Assembly (NCBI RefSeq): GCF_006345805.1 | Contig: NC_043008.1 | Location: 7,874,001-7,938,000, forward strand | Direction of reading: 5' to 3' | DNA: 64,000 nt | Source: Octopus sinensis | Lineage: Eukaryota | Shown: piece by piece, positions 13,552 to 25,935 of the stretch | Position numbering within the stretch: position 1 is the stretch's first letter | How the letters are laid out: the number at the start of each line of letters is the position of its first letter | Notes under the pieces: model-generated | Seen by the model: the letters and a program-made list of their open reading frames with translations, nothing else | The model's database searches: none | What the model was told of the DNA's origin: nothing | Program-made: the position numbers and the translations under genes

Positions 13552-13770
13552 ACATATAAAGTAAACACTTGCCTGCTGAGGATGCTTCTGTAATCCATCT
13601 CCGATTTCAAGAACCAATATCTCATCACCCTTGCGACGCAGCACTGTAGGTGCCACCGATCCTTTTAGAACTGTCACTGCCCACCCATCAATACGTGACA
13701 CGAAACGCTACTCCCCCACTACGAAATGAGCTTTGTTGAATAAAATGATGGGCGGGATATCTCTACTTAC

Positions 13771-13934
13771 CTCATTGCTCGTTTGAGTTGCACCGATCGT
13801 TCCTTTTCTTCAGCCAACTTTTCATGAAAGAGATAAATGGCTAAATGCATGAAATGCATGAAATAATAAAGTATAATGACAGAGAAAATACTGATCATAA
13901 GTAATACAATTGAACTCTGACTGGAATCATCCAT
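13771..13934 (-). CDS. Candidate first coding exon, unknown membrane protein
   Basis: ACCATGG start context, 54 open codons (MDDSSQSSIVLLMISIFSVIILYYFMHFMHLAIYLFHEKLAEEKERSVQLKRAM) and an AG|GTAAGT donor. No homolog recognised. Confidence 0.3.
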
Positions 13935-14059
13935 GGTTGAGGTGATTTACAGCGATGTTGCTTCTAATTTAACTGAACAATGATAAGTCATTCCGGACAT
14001 GAATATACAATTGTTCTCATGTTAGTTCTGATGTTATCCGTCTCATTTGAATGTACTTG

Positions 14060-14410
<351 letters not shown>

Positions 14411-14579
14411 TATTTGTTTGTGAGTCTGTCTGTCTATCAGGCTATATAAACTTTCTCTCTTTGTCTCTTTATCTAGTTCTCTCTCTCTCCGCACAAACAC
14501 ACATCTCTTAAATATATATTTTAGGAAATAGATTAATCCGCCGTGGCCAGAAAACATTGCAAAAATATACTGGAATATT

Positions 14580-14790
14580 AGTGTGGCCTTGGATGTCAAC
14601 TGAAATTGTGGTTTCAAAATAACTGGTAGTTGTTGCATTTGGCTCATCATCCAAAATTCTACCTAAAATACTGAAATTGATTGGAATCGAGAATGACACT
14701 GTCGACTTCTGCAAAGGTACTCTCCTATATTTTACAAGTAGGGTAAGGAATATTCTTTAGAAATGCAGAGACTTTTTGTCACCAAACCTC
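14580..14790 (+). mobile_element. Degenerate R4/Dong-like LINE C-terminal fragment
   Basis: LVVVAFGSSSKILPKILKLIGIE...RVRNIL resembles the VVGALG...ILRKVL terminus of the 17-20 kb copies. Confidence 0.3.
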
Positions 14791-15186
14791 AACATAACAA
14801 CCCTACTAATGAAATTAGCTCGTACTAGCTTCATAACACATAAATACGTACATAAATGCAACTGCATCGCAACCTACAGCTTCGATATCCAGATTACAAA
14901 TTCACTTATAATAATTGGTGCACTTGGTTTTGTGTGTAAATGCTGAAGTGACAATCTGGATAAGCCAGGATTTTCATAGGAAATAACAAAAAACAACTAT
15001 CTTACTGTCATATTACAAATGCAATCTCTAAGTAAAAGAGTGAAAGTTTTTTTTTCAATGTGACATTCTTTTTATGCCTACATAGCAACGATGTAACTTT
15101 GTATCGTTGTTAGAAACCAGCTCCTTATTCAAAGAACGAATTTGTATAATTAAACACACACGCACACACACACAAACGCCCCCCCC

Positions 15187-15238
<52 letters not shown>

Positions 15239-17121
15239 GTGATGGCTGACTGTTCCCTGCAGAGTTTAATTTTTTCTAGTCAAACTCACCGAAATTCATA
15301 CTCAGAAAATATTTGATATTTTTCTTTCAAGCTTAAATTGCTGCCCTTTTTGGCTACCATTTATCAATTAAATTTGGGTAATTAAAAACATTTCCAAAAA
15401 TGAATATAAACTCTATGCAACTGAAATATACTCCCAATTCTGAAAATAAGTGGAAAAAGCCAAACACACCGAAATTCATACTCACAAAATGAAGAATAAC
15501 GGTTCCCTCTGAAAGATGTTTTGTTCTTAGTTTGAACATATTCTCCGCTATAAATATTTAGTGAAATATATTAAACATTGTTAATATGAGACAACAGAGT
15601 GCTTCCCACTCGCACATAATGAATAATAGCATTTATTACTATCGTTTAAAGTGAGCATCTATGTTTATTTTTGTTACTCAAGCCACCATTATATAATTCT
15701 TTATGCATGAATTAAGTTTTTTGTTCTTCGCTAAAAATGTTTTTATTTTAAATTGAGTTTTCTTTAAACAACCTCTTAACATTTCCCTCCATTCTCCTAC
15801 GTCTAAAAAATAGCATTCGTTATATTAATAAGAATTTCAATAATAACAATAACTACAACAACGATATAACAAAATACAATGATCTCTACGACCTTGGCAT
15901 TTTTCTTGTTTGACAAGTTAATGTCATGCACTAGTTATTGCCATGATTTCCTGCACTAAAACATCCATTATTTTCTGACATTTGAAACGATTATAATCTT
16001 CACAGTATTTTTCATCTTCATCTCTATCCTGTCTTTCTTTCCGTTGATCTCTTCCACATTATTTTTAGCATTTATTCATTTAATACGCACTTTCCTCATT
16101 TCAAAATATTTCATATGATTCCTCAATATTGACGACGTCTGTTTTCCGCCACCTCTCTTTCATTTAAACAGCCATGTGCTAAAGGCGTAGTTCTTTATTG
16201 CAAGATGTGGTAGTTTCCTCTACAATTATCATAGAATCTCATTCACTTTTTGTCACTCTCAGTTCCAGGATTTCATCTGTTTGTCAATATATTAAACGCA
16301 GTGCTACTTTTTACCTCAGGATCGTGAAAGTTCCATTCCTTGTCACCCAATAGAAGTAAAAAGATACTGTTTCTTCAGATTGTACATCATTAAAATCAAA
16401 TCTATTTTCTTTAAACAAAACATAACTGCTTCTGAAAATATTTCATGTCAGCGTAAAGTTTAAAATGCAGCAAATAATTTCCAAGTCATAGATAGCTTTT
16501 TGTGAAACGCTTAAGTAATTAAAATTCAATTTCAGAAATAAATTAGAGATCCTAATTTATCATCGAATGTACACTGTGAGATACGATAGAAGAATATATC
16601 AGACATTGCACAATGCACGATATGATATCAGTAGCAAAACGTGTAGAATATATTGTTTCCTCGGTCATACGAACCGAGTAACTCATTAACCGTAATTGAT
16701 TTACAAAAACACTGTTAAATGTTATCTTCACATGCACATATTGATGTACAAGTATGTACAGGTCTTTTAGCATATATGTACATCCACATATCTATAAACA
16801 GTTGCATATATGCCGATACATACACAGACACACAGACACACAGACACACACGCACACAGACATATACAGCGGGAGATGTTTATAAAAGCTTATCTATATA
16901 TGTGAATAAGCATTTTGTAACAATATATTACGTAGCAGCGCTATTAGGTTATATTATTTGTATTGCTTTTATTTCTATGTTTGAAACGTGGTTTAAATAA
17001 AGGGCATATTTAAGTATTACATTTTTCATTATATTACCATACAGCGTGTAATTATTTTATATACTGCAACGGACGAGAATCAGTTTGATCTTATACTATT
17101 CATAATATACTATTCTTGTCA

Positions 17122-17199
<78 letters not shown>

Positions 17200-17488
17200 T
17201 ACCTAGCTCAGATGCTAGGAAACCCCAACATGGCAGAAATTCAAAAGATAGTGCTCATGGGTAATGCCCATATCCTACGCAAAATACTTTCTATGTCATC
17301 TCTAGTTTAAAACAAGCATAATTTTCTTATGGTTTCTGAAACATTCTCTAGAACAACACTATGAACAAAACCAATATATGGCACCCTAGGCATAACACCA
17401 ACATGAACTTCTAATTTGTTGTCTCTTGAGGTGTCTGGGTCAGACTTGGAGACAACTTGTGCAAATGTAAAGCAAAAGTCAAACATAA
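17200..17488 (+). mobile_element. R4/Dong-like LINE 3' end, copy A1, flanked by (TAA)n
   Basis: YLAQMLGNPNMAEIQKIVLMGNAHILRKILSMSSLV* followed by a 3' UTR and TAA repeats. Confidence 0.75.
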
Positions 17489-17491
17489 ATA

Positions 17492-17558
<67 letters not shown>

Positions 17559-17637
17559 TGATGATGATGATGATGATAATAATATAATAATATAATAATA
17601 ATAATAATATAATAATATAATAATAATAATAATAATA

Positions 17638-17686
<49 letters not shown>

Positions 17687-17974
17687 TACTAGCTCAGATG
17701 CTAGGAAACCCCAACATGGCAGAAATTCAAAGATAGTGCTCATGGGTAATGCCCATATCCTACGCAAAATACTTTCTATGTCATCTCTAGTTTAAAACAA
17801 GCATAATTTTCTTATGGTTTCTGAAACATTCTCTAGAACAACACTATGAACAAAACCAAATATATGGCACCCTAGGCATAACACCAACATGAACTTCTAA
17901 TTTGTTGTCTCTTGAGGTGTCTGGGTCAGACTTGGAGACAACTTGTGCAAATGTAAAGCAAAAGTCAAACATAA
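17687..17974 (+). mobile_element. R4/Dong-like LINE 3' end, copy A2 (near-identical tandem duplicate)
   Basis: Differs from A1 only by three single-base indels that I could see. Confidence 0.75.
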
Positions 17975-18056
<82 letters not shown>

Positions 18057-18079
18057 TGATGATGATGATGATGATGATG

Positions 18080-18143
<64 letters not shown>

Positions 18144-18156
18144 CAACAACAAAATA

Positions 18157-18683
18157 GTATGTTGATATGTGGTATAAGTGCCACCCAGAGTCTATAACTG
18201 GAGGATAAAACGTAGCGATTCTTTGTTATATTCTAGCACATAGAGACAGTACTATCAAAGCTAATAAACCGGATATTCTTGTGGAAGAATTTGAGAAGCT
18301 TAGAAAATATAAAGAAATGCTCCTTGATTTCGATAAAAAGAAGGCACCTGAAGGCGGTTACCACAGCAGATATTTTAGGAGTACTTAGAATGTTCGAGAA
18401 AGGAACTGAAAATTATTTGGGATTGATTATTGGGGATCGATCCTTGCAAGAAGTGCAAAATATAGTCTCAACTGGTACGTGACGCATATTGATATGAGTA
18501 ATTTCGCTGTAAGAACGGTTACCTCCCATGCAATTTTTTTTGTCACAGAGATTCATTTAATTTTGTAAATGAATAAAACTGCTATATTTATTGTAGTGGC
18601 CTATCAATGTATAGAAGGATTTAATTTGCTTAAGATGTCGGGAAGGCACTCAGCAGGAAATAGTAACAAACGGAAAAACTAAA
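18157..18683 (+). mobile_element. R4/Dong-like LINE fragment (restriction-like endonuclease region), copy B1
   Basis: WYKCHPES..KANKPDILV..EFEKLRKYKE..GVLRMFEKGTENYLG..LQEVQNIV, with stops and frameshifts. Confidence 0.7.
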
Positions 18684-18691
18684 TAATGATG

Positions 18692-18767
<76 letters not shown>

Positions 18768-18816
18768 GAAGAAGAAGAAGAGAAGAAGAAGAAGAAGAAG
18801 AAAAAGAAGAAGAAGA

Positions 18817-19194
18817 AAATGTAAAGACCTACTCATTGAAATTGAGAAAATGTGGCATCTCAAGGCGGTTACAATACCAGTGATCGTAGGAGCACTAGGA
18901 ATGATCAAGAAGGGAACCGAAAATTATATGAGAATGATCCCTGGCTTACCATCCCTGAAAGAAGTGCAAAAGATTGTCTTAACTGGTACATCACACGTAT
19001 TGAGAAGAGCATTGTCGATGTGAGATCTGTTGCTGCTCCTGTAATTTAATTTAACTTTAAAAAAAAAAAAAAAAATGAACGAACTACTGAGTTTGGTTTA
19101 ATGGCCTACCAATGTATACTATGAGTTTCTTCGCCCTAGGAGTCGGGAAGACACTCGGCAAGAAATGGAAGCAAATTTGAAAGAAGAAAAAAAA

Positions 19195-19197
<3 letters not shown>
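18817..19197 (+). mobile_element. R4/Dong-like LINE 3' end with open C-terminal frame
   Basis: 18817-19023 reads KCKDLLIEIEKMWHLKAVTIPVIVGALGMIKKGTENYMRMIPGLPSLKEVQKIVLTGTSHVLRRALSM*, then a 3' UTR and TAA tail. Confidence 0.8.
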
Positions 19198-19231
<34 letters not shown>

Positions 19232-19280
19232 AAATAATAACAATAATAATAACAATAATAATAATAACAACAACAAAATA

Positions 19281-19583
19281 ATATGTTGACATGTGGTATA
19301 AGTGCCACCCAGAGTCTATAACTGGAGAATAAAACGTAACGATTCTTTGTGACTTTCTAGCACATAGAGACAAAACCATCAAAGCTAATAAACCGGATAT
19401 TCTTGTGAAAGACCAAACCAAAGAAGTATATTTATTGATCGACATGAGTATTTCTTGTGATCAAAATAACATGGAAAAAGAATTTGAGAAGCTTAGAAAA
19501 TATAAGGAAATGCTCCTTGATTTCCATAAAAACAAGGCACCTGAAGGCGGTTACCACAGCAGATATTGTAGGAGTACTTAGAA
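19281..19583 (+). mobile_element. R4/Dong-like LINE fragment, copy B2
   Basis: DMWYKCHPES..CDFLAHRDKTIKANKPDILVKDQTKEVYLLIDMSISCDQNNMEKEFEKLRKYKE shows the PD..D..EK endonuclease motifs. Confidence 0.75.
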
Positions 19584-19602
19584 TAACAATAATAATAATA
19601 AT

Positions 19603-20140
19603 GTCTTCACAGGCACGACAAAGTTGGGATCTATAAACACTGGAAGCTATGCCAACATTATGGAATAACAACAGAGAAATATGGTATAGGAACACGCCAG
19701 AAAAGATCACAGAAAATGAGAACGCCACCATACAATGGGATATTTCAATACACGCAGATAGAGAAATTGAGACCAGTAGGACGGATATAGTTCTCAGATA
19801 TCATCAAGAAAAAAAATGTTTTCTAATCGACGTAAAAGACAACAATGTTTCTCTAAAATAAATTAAGAAACTTTGAAAATGCAAAGACCTAGAAATAGAA
19901 GTAACTCGAATGTGGAGTCTAAAAACAGAAACAATTCCTCTCATAATAGGCGCATTAGTTATGATAAAAAATTTCATACAAGTCCATAAAAAACACACCA
20001 GGACTAACAAGTATATATAACATACGGAAAATGGCATTACTATGCACCGTACACATCCTACGTAAAACACTTTCGATTCTTTAACAAAACGAGCATCATA
20101 ACAAACTACAGCTCATACCCAAGGCACACAGAGAAAAGAC
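19603..20140 (+). mobile_element. R4/Dong-like LINE 3' fragment, subfamily C
   Basis: RHDKVG..HWKLCQHYGI..WYRNTPEKITENENATIQWDISIHADREI..DIV..LIDV..DLEIEVTRMWSLKTETIPLIIGAL..HILRKTLS. Confidence 0.75.
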
Positions 20141-20145
20141 ATAAC

Positions 20146-20678
20146 AAACTAGGAAGTGTAATCCACTGGGAATCAAGTAGAAAGCTAGGATTTGACTATA
20201 CAGATAAATGGTATAAACATGAACGGCGTATAGTATAAGAAAATAAGAAATACAAGATGCTGTGAGACTTTAACGTTCAGACTAAAAGAGTAATAGAAGT
20301 TAGAAAACCTGATTTAGTAATAGTACATAAAAATAATAGAAAATGCCATATAATTGACTTTACAGCCCCAAATAAAGAATATGGGAGGTATAGGAAAAAT
20401 AGGACCAGTACCTAGCCGTTGAATTACAGAGACTATAGAAAGTACGGATAAGATGTATCCCAGCAGTCATAGGTGCATTCAGAACTATCCATAAAGATTC
20501 GACCAGTTGGATAGAAGAAATAGGCATAAAACCCAGTTTAGTACAGTTCCAGAAAAAACTGTGTTATTAGGGGGCAGCTAGGATACTTAGGAGGGCTCCT
20601 AGCATATGAGGTTACTTGCTGTAGCCCGATGTTGGGATTTTTTTTCTTTCCAACGTCTAATATGTTGTGGGCGTGTGA
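20146..20678 (+). mobile_element. R4/Dong-like LINE 3' fragment, subfamily D
   Basis: IHWESSRKLGFDYTDKWYKHE..DFNVQTKRVIEVRKPDLVIV..IIDF..PAVIGAF..LLGAARILRR, followed by TAA/TGA repeats. Confidence 0.75.
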
Positions 20679-21042
20679 GTAATAATAATGACGATGGTGT
20701 TGATGATGATGATGATGTTGGTGATGATGATGATGATGATGACAAGGAGGAGGAGTAGGAGGAGTTGGTGGACGAGGAGGATAACTAAATTCATACTGTA
20801 AATAAGACATATAAGTGGAACCGTAGACACAGGTAATGATAGTGGTGCATAGTGAAGATATTTCTAGAGTAGGAAAGTGTGAAACTGGGTCAATCTCCAT
20901 AATAAGCTAATGTATGGAAGCTCTTAATTGAAGTGTTGCCTTGTAAATGAAAAATCGATGTCTATAATGTTTACCTAGAGAAGAATCCTGTTAATGCATA
21001 ACGAAATATACATATACATATTCATATATATATAATATATAC

Positions 21043-21092
<50 letters not shown>

Positions 21093-21172
21093 GTACATAT
21101 ATATGTGTGTGTGTCAGTACGAGTTATATGTATATTATATACATATACATACATAGGTATGTATGTATGTAT

Positions 21173-21258
<86 letters not shown>

Positions 21259-21595
21259 GTGCTTGTCTCTATGAGAGATTTAGAAATTTAGTATGTCTGA
21301 TATATAAATATATATATATATATATATGAAGAATATACATGTATGCACATATACATACGTATATGTATATATTTACATATATACGTATATACATATGCGT
21401 AGGTGGGCACATGGCGTCACAAAATGTCAAGATCATAAAATGCGAAATATGAATACATGGAATATGAACTGTTTTGCGAACATATATTTTTATATTCCTT
21501 GATTTATTTTTATTGTTGCTTAATATGTTTTGCTAAAATTGCTATTACTTTTCAGGCATCATCAGAAAAAGGTAATTAAAATTCAATTCATTAAA

Positions 21596-22150
21596 ATGAC
21601 AGATCTATCAGACTTTCAAAGATGTCGAATTGTTGGTGTTCGTATGACAGCCACTAACGTAATGAAAACAGCCGAAATGTTTGGTGTATCAAGAAGATCT
21701 GTCTGGAAAATAATGACAGCCTTTGAGAAAGAGGGGAAAAACCTCCTCGTCGAAATAAAACTCCGGAAGAAAGCCAACATTTTTCAGATAACGACCGTCG
21801 GATTTTTACGTGAAGTGTTAGAAACGATCACAAAAGTACAGCTCCCAAAATTACTACAGAGCTTAATAACCACCTCAATAACCCAGTATCCACAAAAACT
21901 GTTTGCCGGGAGCTGCACAAACCCGGATTTCACGAGAGGGCTGCAAACAGAAAACCACTACTTTCAAAAACAAACGTTGCAAAGCGTTTAGTGTGGAGTA
22001 AAAGCCTGCATAATTGGTCCCAAGAGCAGTGGAAGAATGTTCTTTTCTCTGACGAGTCACACTTTACCTTACTTCCGACTACTGGTCGAGTATACGTCTG
22101 GAGACACCCAAAAGAAGCATTTGACCCAGATTGCCTTCTTCCAAATATCA
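21596..22150 (+). pseudogene. Tc1-family transposase, 3'-truncated, with frameshift and stops
   Basis: MTDLSDFQRCRIVG..TAEMFGVSRRSV..SGRKP..VSTKTVCRELHKPGF..KPLLS..WKNVLFSDESHF..YVWRHPKEAFDPDCL covers the HTH region and the first D of the DDE triad. Confidence 0.9.
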
Positions 22151-22294
22151 ACAATTCTCAACAATCAGTCTTGTTCTACTGCAATGCTTTGGGGGATCCA
22201 GATTTCTCAAAGCCATGATTGGAACTCCTTTCTTCAATATCAGCTTGTGAGAAGGCATTCCGGGATAATCCAAAGAGTTAAGAAACTCAGTAGT
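22151..22294 (-). pseudogene. Helitron (PIF1-like) helicase fragment
   Basis: TTEFLNSLDYPGMPSHKLILKKGVPIMALRNLDPPKHCSRTRLIV matches the EFLNSL..G.P.H.L.LK.G.PIMLLRNL..CNGTRL motif. Confidence 0.85.
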
Positions 22295-22315
22295 TATTAT
22301 TATAGAATACATAAA

Positions 22316-22376
<61 letters not shown>

Positions 22377-22422
22377 CATGCACATGCACACACCCACACA
22401 TATATATATACACACAAATTTC

Positions 22423-22558
22423 CACGAATCGCAAGGATGCCGAAAAGCATCAACCCGCTAGACATACGAGCTAAAGTCTTAATTAAACCACCATAAAGAC
22501 TTACGGTGGTTTCGTAAATCTAGCGGGTTGATGCTTTTCGGCATCCTTACGCTTCGTG
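22423..22558. repeat. Short fold-back element with 40-bp inverted arms
   Basis: Arms 22423-22462 and 22519-22558 match at 38/40, with a nested AAACCACCATAA/TTACGGTGGTTT stem. Confidence 0.8.
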
Positions 22559-22887
22559 ATAATTTTATTATATGTTATTTACCTACAAACAACTATGTTA
22601 CTACTGTTGATGTCATCAATATAAAATTTTGTCTGCAGATTATATTAACAGTAGTGACATCTTATTTCAAATCTTAGTGCTTGAAAGTTTCGTTTATATA
22701 TATATATATACATATAGGGAGAATTCGGAAAAATACAAAAGACGATGAGAGGCGGTGTTGACAACAAACAGATGTATTAGTGTAACACTCTGGAAGTAAA
22801 AATGTCTTAAACATTTCTAGCCTACGCTCTTCCACAGAAAGAAATAAGGAGAGAAAATTAAGAATGCGCAATGGCTAGCGAGCTATC

Positions 22888-22988
<101 letters not shown>

Positions 22989-25235
22989 TTTAGTTCAATT
23001 TAAATTCTTCAAAGCGTCGCCTCAGCGTAGTCATATTCTGATGACCGAAAAACTTAGAAGAACCACTAAATTCCTTAGAAAAATATTAGGCTAAGGGAAG
23101 TAACTCTTGTTTCACTATCTCAGTAATACTATGGCACCTGAAGCCTCTCGTGATCGCTTTACCTGCTAGAAATAGCAACCCAAATGTTTCTAAATTAGAT
23201 CCTAACGTTGGCTGTTTAAGAACCAAATGAAAGATAGATTTTTAATCTCAGGATCATCCTCATTCGAAAAGGGTATAATACGTCTATGTAGAGCAAACGT
23301 TGACTGAGATAAAGGGGTGTGATTGACAGAATTGCACTTTTATTTATATTGATATATCTTTAATGTGTTCCTCTGTTTTCTGTCTTAGTTGGAACTGGGT
23401 TCATCTGTTTCTCCCTCTCAAACCCGAGTCACTCTATAACCTCTTTCTCTGTCACTCCGTCTGTCTTTCTCTTCCCCCCTCCTCCTCTCTCACTGTGTTG
23501 GCATTAATTTCAGTTAAGTATATATAAATTAATTCTAGCCGTCAAGAGATGCTCAGCATTATTTTTTCGCGTAAATCTGGTGAGCTAGGAATTAATCTGT
23601 ACATCAGAGAGAACGCTTGGCCGCATTTCATCCGCCATCATATCTGAAGTTCAAGTTGCGCCCAAGCACTGGGTTTAGTGTAATCGAATTGTCACCCCCT
23701 CCAATGTTGCTAGCCTTGTGCAAAAATTTGAAATCACCGTTTCTTCACGTAAAAACAGTGCTTTATATTCCCAAACCCTACATTCTCACAAAACACTGGC
23801 ATTTGATCCGCAAGAATAATTGTAATGGATTACTTTCAAAGATTACAAAATACTTTCTCATAATTAAATTGCTACATTAAGAGTGTTATACACGAACCAA
23901 AACATTTTCCACCTGGAAAAGTATACAATGGACTTTTCATCCTAATTGCCATTCCTTCTTTTCTCTACATAATATTTTAATTATATTCAGTTTCTAAGTA
24001 TATATTACTTTCTAGGCAGACTTAAAGACATTTTGTATTTTTTTTATCTTCTTACAATCGCCTATTCAATGAAAGAGTTTGGATTTCTCTTATCGGATTT
24101 CACAATTTTAGGCTTATTAATGTTTATCTTTAAATCCCAAAGCATGATTATTTCAACTAAGATTATATAAAATGCTTTGTATATATTATTAAACAATTAT
24201 ACTCATATACTCATGTATAAATGTTTGATATGTTTTAAAATTTCCAAGTATAAAAACTAGGAAGAGTAAGCCTCTACTGATGGTGGGTCTATACATTAAG
24301 TAGATTTAAATTCCTTCGCCATATTACAAATAATAGCGAAACACACATGTTTTAGCTAAGCAGTTTATTGAAGCATAGGGATACAAGGACATGTCTGTGT
24401 GTATGATGTATATATGTATGTGTGTATGTTTGTCTTCATATTTGTCTGCATGTGTGTGCGATGGTGTGTGAATACATGCATGTGTGTATGACCTAACGAT
24501 TAAGAAATTCGCTATGAAATAACAAGCTACGGGATCGACCCCAATGCATGGCACCTTGGGCAACATTTCATCTCTATCACCTCGGACCGACACGTCTGTG
24601 ATTGCTTACGATTATGTGTATGCATGTATGTGTGTGCATGTATGTACGAATATGTGTATGTGCGTTTGTGTGTGTGTGGGTGAATGTGTATGGCTCTGTG
24701 CATACTTGCATGTGAACGTGCGTATTTTTATTTATATGTTACCACGAAGAACTTTTTCATGTCTACATGTGCTTCTATATTTTCAGATAGGTAATCGGAA
24801 AGCTACTTAAAAAATAACATATACGCATGAATAGCGATACAAGTATTACAAGTAAGCATTTATTATTATTTTTTATTTATTTATCAATTTTGCATTTATT
24901 ACGTTTCGTAAATTGCAACACTACAGAGAAAACTTATATGAGAAAAGACTTCAAGATAAATTTCCAGACATGTTCTTAACTATGCACAAAATATGTGAAC
25001 AAACTCTTTTTAATTTCTAATTTCTTCTTATTGATAAATTCTTTCTGATTTCATAAGTTTTTGATACGAATTTTTAGTAATTCGTGAGATGGACACATTA
25101 AAACCACTAATATTTCATAGAAGTCACTTAATGTAACAAATATATTACAAAAATTCTTTAAACATACTTTCATGTTCTTTCTACCTTTACTTTTTAACAT
25201 TAACCTTTGATCTGTATGGATTCGTAACACTTATT

Positions 25236-25640
<405 letters not shown>

Positions 25641-25689
25641 AATCTATCACTCTCTATCTCTCTCTCTTTTTCTCTCTCTCTCTCTGTAA

Positions 25690-25699
<10 letters not shown>

Positions 25700-25741
<42 letters not shown>

Positions 25742-25935
25742 TTGTTTCCCACCACCGCTTGAAAACCGGCGTCGGTGTTTTCATGTCCCTGTAACTTCTG
25801 CAAAAGTAATCAACTGAATAGGTGCCAAATAAATATATTCCATAATGTCTTTCGACTATAATTCCTAAAATTCTTGAAAGCAGAGCTCTAGCGTGGCCAC
25901 TGTCTGATGACTGAAACAACTAAAATAATAAAATA
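25700..25935 (+). mobile_element. Degenerate SINE 3' half (8997 family)
   Basis: (TG)n followed by a diverged tail ending TGACTGAAACAAC. Confidence 0.65.

Noticed and set aside
22051-22062. CTGACGA motif
   Set aside because: It is the FSDES codons of the Tc1 transposase, with no hammerhead stems.
22804-22837. HHR-like motif GAGC-GTAG-GCTA-GAAA on the minus strand
   Set aside because: The core reads CTGTGGA (two changes) and stems I and III are broken.
25904-25917. CTGATGACTGAAAC
   Set aside because: A mutated SINE tail with no room for stem II.
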